Source: Gammaproteobacteria bacterium (GTDB taxonomy: Bacteria; Pseudomonadota; Gammaproteobacteria; Eutrophobiales; Eutrophobiaceae). Taken from it: DNA of 64,000 nucleotides. The position numbers were made by a program, and so were the translations under genes. Shown here in pieces: positions 60,207-64,000 of this stretch. The DNA is taken from the NCBI GenBank assembly GCA_965215365.1, contig CBDCDS010000003.1:1504001-1568000 (forward strand), in the 5' to 3' direction. The notes beneath the pieces were generated by a model. It searched no databases. It had not been told where the DNA came from and saw only the letters and a program-made list of their open reading frames with translations. Numbering within the stretch: the stretch's first letter is position 1; every line of letters begins with the position of its first letter.

Positions 60207-63200
60207 ATGAGCTACGCGCGCGCAAGCCAGTCGGCGCAACGAGGCCGCCTCACCCCGCGTAAGTCCACGCCACGCCGCCGCGCCAGCGGGCGCCTGCTCG
60301 CCGCCGCATGGGTTGCCCTGTTCGCCCTGCCGCTACTGTTCGGCCTCTCCGCTGGCGCACAGGCGCAGACGACTGTCACGTTTGCGAGCAACCTCGCCAA
60401 TTCCGCCTCAAACACCCCCAGGGATAACCGCCATTGTCAGTCGTTCACCACGGGCAGCAACAGCGGCGGCTACACGCTGTCCACCGTCGACATTGGCATA
60501 CGCACAGCAGCGGACCGGGGGACTGGCACCGTTGTCGTCATTCGTGCGGACGGAAACGGCAACCCCGGCAGCCTACGTGCAACCCTGACCAACCCGAATT
60601 CATTTGTCGGCGGTGCGAACACGTTCACCGCGCCAGCGGGCACTATGCTCGCTGCCAGCACGAAGTACTGGGTGTGCATCAACGACAGCGGCACGAATGC
60701 GTTAAAAGTTCGGGCAATCGAAAGTAGCAACCACAGCCCAACCCTCACAACGGGCTGGAGCATCAACGAGGCGAAATCCAGTCTTATGGGTAGCACTAGG
60801 TTTCAGGCTTTATCGTGGTTTATTCCCATTGCCATCAAAGGCGCTGCCGTAGCCACCACCACCGGCCCCGCCGCCCCCATGAACCTGGGGGCTGCGCCCG
60901 AAAACGAGGGGGTGCAGTTGCAATGGACGGACCCGTCGGACAACACGATCACGAAGTGGCAGTACCGTCGGCGGGACGGCGACCCCGGCACCTGGGGTGC
61001 GTGGACGGACCTGACGACCGGCAAGCTCGGCAGTACCTTGTTCGGCACGGTGAGGGGTTTGACGAACGGCACGGAGTACGACTTCGAGGTGCGGGCGGTG
61101 GCGGGGAGCACGAACGGCACGGCGGCCACGGTGAGTGCCACACCCGTCCCCCGGCCGGCCGCCCCGACCGGCCTCACAGCCACGGCGGGCAGCCAGCAGG
61201 TGGTCCTGAGCTGGACCAACCCCGGCAACGCCACCATCACCGGGTATGCGTACCAGCAACGCATAGCGGGCTCGAGCACCTGGGGGAACGAGACGGCGAT
61301 TCCCAACAGCACTGCCACCACCATCACCCACACGGTAACGGGTCTGACGAACTACACAGAATATGAGTTCCGGCTGCGGGCCATCAACCCGGCCGGGGGC
61401 ACGAATTCGGATGCCGTATCGGCCACACCCCGCCCGGACAACGCCCCGGGGCCACCGACCGACTTCACGGCGGTAGCGGGCCCGGGCGGCGGGCAGGTGA
61501 CGCTGAGCTGGACGCGTCCGAGCGGTACGATTACGAGGTACGAGTACCGGTCCCGCAGACCGGGCGGGGGCTGGTTCGGCTGGGCGGACATAAGGGGCAA
61601 TAACCGCACCACCTTCGTCGCATCCGTGGGCAACGAGCCGCTGGAATTCCAGATGCGCGCGAGGAACGGGAGCGTAAACGGCGTGTTGTCGGTCATCGTG
61701 CCGGCCACGGCGGTGGCCGCCCCGGCGGCCCCGACCAACGTGACGGCGACGGCGGGCAACGCCCAGGTCACGCTGAGCTGGGGCGACCCGTCCAACAGCA
61801 ACATCACCAAGTACCAGTACCGCCAGAAGTTGAGCAGCGCCAGTACCTGGGGGAGCTGGACGGACTTCACGGGCGGCACCACCGCGACCTCGACCAGCGG
61901 CACGGTGACCAGCCTGACCAACGGCACCGCGTACGACTTCCAGGTACGCGCCACAGCTGCCACGGACGGCACCGTGCTGGGCGCAGCCTCGGCCACGGTG
62001 AGCGCCACGCCCACGGCCACCACCGCCCCGGCGGCCCCGATGGGTTTCACCATCGACACGGGCGATACTGAGATCACCCTGAAATGGACCGACCCGAACA
62101 ACAACGCCATCACGAAGTACCAGTACCGCCGGGGCACCGGCCCGTTGAGCAGCATCACCTGGGGGAGCTGGACGGACATCCCGAACAGCGATGCCGACAC
62201 CACCGAGTACACCGTGACCGGCCTGACCAACGGCAGGCGCTATTACTTCGAGGTGCGCGCCGTGGTCGGCACGACGCTCGGCACCGCCACGGCCCCCACC
62301 GCGATCACCCCCGTGGACAAACCCGCCGCCCCGACGAACCTCAAAGCCGCAGGGGGCGCCACCGCAGTGACCCTGAGCTGGACCAACCCCAGCAACGCCA
62401 CCATCACCGGCTATGAGTACCGCCAACGCGCACTCAACCCCGACTCCACTCTCCTGGGGGATTGGGGGAACTGGATGGCCATCGCGAACAGCGATGACGA
62501 CACCATCTCCCACGCAGTGACGGGTCTGACGAACTACACGCGATACCAGTTCCAGCTGCGCGCGGTGGGCTTGTCGGGGAACGGCACCGCGTCGCAAAGT
62601 GTGGGCGCAACCCCGCGCCCGGCGGGCGCGCCCGACGCGCCGAGGAATTTCGCCAGCTCTTCGGGCGATACCGAGATAGATCTCGAATGGGCCGATCCGT
62701 CCAACAGCGCCATCACGAAGTACCAGTACCGGCAGGGGACGTCCAGCCTTCTTATGATCACCTGGGGGAACTGGACGGACATTCCGTCGAGCAACGCGAA
62801 CACCACCGAATACACGGTGACCGGGCTGACCAACGGTGCGCGGTACTTGTTCGAGGTGCGCGCGGTGGCGGGGACGGTGAACGGTGTGGCAACGAGCTAT
62901 GTGCTCGGGACACCGGCCCCCGTTCCGGATCAGCCCGCCGGGCTGAGTGCCGCGCCGGGCGACGGGCAGGTCGCCCTGAGCTGGAACGACCCGTCCGACA
63001 GCACCATCGACTACTACTTCTACCAGGTCCGTACGGGCAGCAGCTGGGGGGATATCCAGCTCTTCGGCTCCGACAGTACCACGACCCACACGGTGACGGG
63101 GCTGACGAACGGCACGGAGTACGGTTTCCGGATCTCCGCCGCGAATGGCTCAGGTAACAGCCCGGCCTCGGCCGTCGTGACCGCGACGCCTTTGGACGCG

Positions 63201-64000
63201 AACGCCGCGGCGGCGCCGGCCGGTTTCAGCGCGGCCACAGGATCATCCAGTGGGGAGGTGGACTTGAGCTGGACGGATCCGTCCAACAGCGCCATTACCA
63301 AATGGCAGGTCCGTTACGGGCCGAGTCCGTCGGGGGGCAGCACCACCTGGGGGGCGTGGGCGGACATCTCGAGCAGCAGCGCGACCACCGCCTCCCACAC
63401 GGTGACCGGCCTGACCGGCGCTACGCGTTACGCTTTTCAGGTGCGCGCGGTGACCGGGACTTCGGTGTTCGGCGCGGCCTCGGCCGCGATGACCGCGACG
63501 CCCACGTCCCCCCTCCCGGCCGCCCTGACCCTGTCCGTCACGCTGCGCTCTGGAGAGGTCAATGTCATGTGGACCGATCCGGGTGATCCCAGCATCACCA
63601 GGTACGAGCTCCAGCAACGCGCAGTCGGCGGTAACTGGGGCGCTACGGTGCCTCTCCTCCGCACTTGGCTCTCTACCCTTCGCACCGGCCTGACCAACGG
63701 CACGGACTACGAGTTCCGGCTGCGCGCGGTCAACGCGACGGGGGACGGCCCGTGGTCGTCTGTGACCGCCACCCCGCTGGCCACGAACGCCCCGGCCAAG
63801 CCCACCGCGCTGACGGCCACGGCGGGCGACACCGAGGCCACCTTGAGCTGGACCGCCCCGTCCGGCACGATTACCGGCTATCAAATCCGCCGGGGCACCG
63901 GCGACGACCCGGTCACTTGGGGCACGTGGGGCGCCATGCCCGGCAGCACCTCGAGCACCGCCACCTACACCGTGACCAACCTGACCAACGCCACCACCTA
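60207..64000 (+). CDS. Large secreted fibronectin type III repeat protein (continues off the right edge)
   Basis: Not in the ORF track because it has no stop in the window. MSYARASQ...LLAAAWVALFALPLLFGLSAGAQA|Q signal, an N-terminal QSFTTGS...GYTLS domain (choice-of-anchor-R-like), then at least 11 PAAP..LSW..P..ITxYQY..LTNGTxYxFxVRA repeats. Confidence 0.88.
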   Translation, partial: MSYARASQSAQRGRLTPRKSTPRRRASGRLLAAAWVALFALPLLFGLSAGAQAQTTVTFASNLANSASNTPRDNRHCQSFTTGSNSGGYTLSTVDIGIRTAADRGTGTVVVIRADGNGNPGSLRATLTNPNSFVGGANTFTAPAGTMLAASTKYWVCINDSGTNALKVRAIESSNHSPTLTTGWSINEAKSSLMGSTRFQALSWFIPIAIKGAAVATTTGPAAPMNLGAAPENEGVQLQWTDPSDNTITKWQYRRRDGDPGTWGAWTDLTTGKLGSTLFGTVRGLTNGTEYDFEVRAVAGSTNGTAATVSATPVPRPAAPTGLTATAGSQQVVLSWTNPGNATITGYAYQQRIAGSSTWGNETAIPNSTATTITHTVTGLTNYTEYEFRLRAINPAGGTNSDAVSATPRPDNAPGPPTDFTAVAGPGGGQVTLSWTRPSGTITRYEYRSRRPGGGWFGWADIRGNNRTTFVASVGNEPLEFQMRARNGSVNGVLSVIVPATAVAAPAAPTNVTATAGNAQVTLSWGDPSNSNITKYQYRQKLSSASTWGSWTDFTGGTTATSTSGTVTSLTNGTAYDFQVRATAATDGTVLGAASATVSATPTATTAPAAPMGFTIDTGDTEITLKWTDPNNNAITKYQYRRGTGPLSSITWGSWTDIPNSDADTTEYTVTGLTNGRRYYFEVRAVVGTTLGTATAPTAITPVDKPAAPTNLKAAGGATAVTLSWTNPSNATITGYEYRQRALNPDSTLLGDWGNWMAIANSDDDTISHAVTGLTNYTRYQFQLRAVGLSGNGTASQSVGATPRPAGAPDAPRNFASSSGDTEIDLEWADPSNSAITKYQYRQGTSSLLMITWGNWTDIPSSNANTTEYTVTGLTNGARYLFEVRAVAGTVNGVATSYVLGTPAPVPDQPAGLSAAPGDGQVALSWNDPSDSTIDYYFYQVRTGSSWGDIQLFGSDSTTTHTVTGLTNGTEYGFRISAANGSGNSPASAVVTATPLDANAAAAPAGFSAATGSSSGEVDLSWTDPSNSAITKWQVRYGPSPSGGSTTWGAWADISSSSATTASHTVTGLTGATRYAFQVRAVTGTSVFGAASAAMTATPTSPLPAALTLSVTLRSGEVNVMWTDPGDPSITRYELQQRAVGGNWGATVPLLRTWLSTLRTGLTNGTDYEFRLRAVNATGDGPWSSVTATPLATNAPAKPTALTATAGDTEATLSWTAPSGTITGYQIRRGTGDDPVTWGTWGAMPGSTSSTATYTVTNLTNATT

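Noticed and set aside
59957-60262. ORFs with RTAAQPHS / CGCAAVRL repeats
   Set aside because: These are translations of the octamer tract and are not credible proteins.
60810-63089. 759-aa minus-strand ORF and other long antisense ORFs (e.g. 15240-16181, 55183-56133, 56329-57447)
   Set aside because: They are shadow frames of GC-rich genes on the opposite strand.

Overview
GC-rich gammaproteobacterial chromosome segment. A giant secreted fibronectin-III protein, dense defence and toxin-antitoxin (TA) content and many decay scars are compatible with a host-associated bacterium such as a sponge symbiont (inference). The core backbone is mpl, dps, rppH, mdh-gltA / sucAB-lpdA, phaA-phaR, leuB-asd-fimV-truA-trpF-[trpB absent]-trpA-accD-folC-dedD-cvpA-purF, dapD, orn, ffs-dnaX-ybaB-recR and gmk-rpoZ-spoT-recG-ubiA. 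Accessory islands interrupt it. (1) An AT-richer three-gene operon, DruA/DUF4338-like + NurA-like nuclease + HerA-like ATPase (2933-7034), is my best candidate for an undescribed defence system. (2) An island at the trpB position carries IS481, a MITE, DUF2442, remnants of cas1 and type II-B cas9, and an AbiEii toxin with a non-canonical partner. (3) A type III R-M system has dcm, a GHKL-nuclease and vsr nested between mod and res. (4) Tandem coiled-coil repeat proteins are followed by an (ACAGCCGC)18 tract in front of the FN3 surface-protein gene. The window also contains three miniature inverted-repeat families, several truncated toxin genes with intact antitoxins, a paaA'/'paaE deletion scar and several apparently leaderless genes. 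All family assignments come from motifs recognised by eye; no searches were run.
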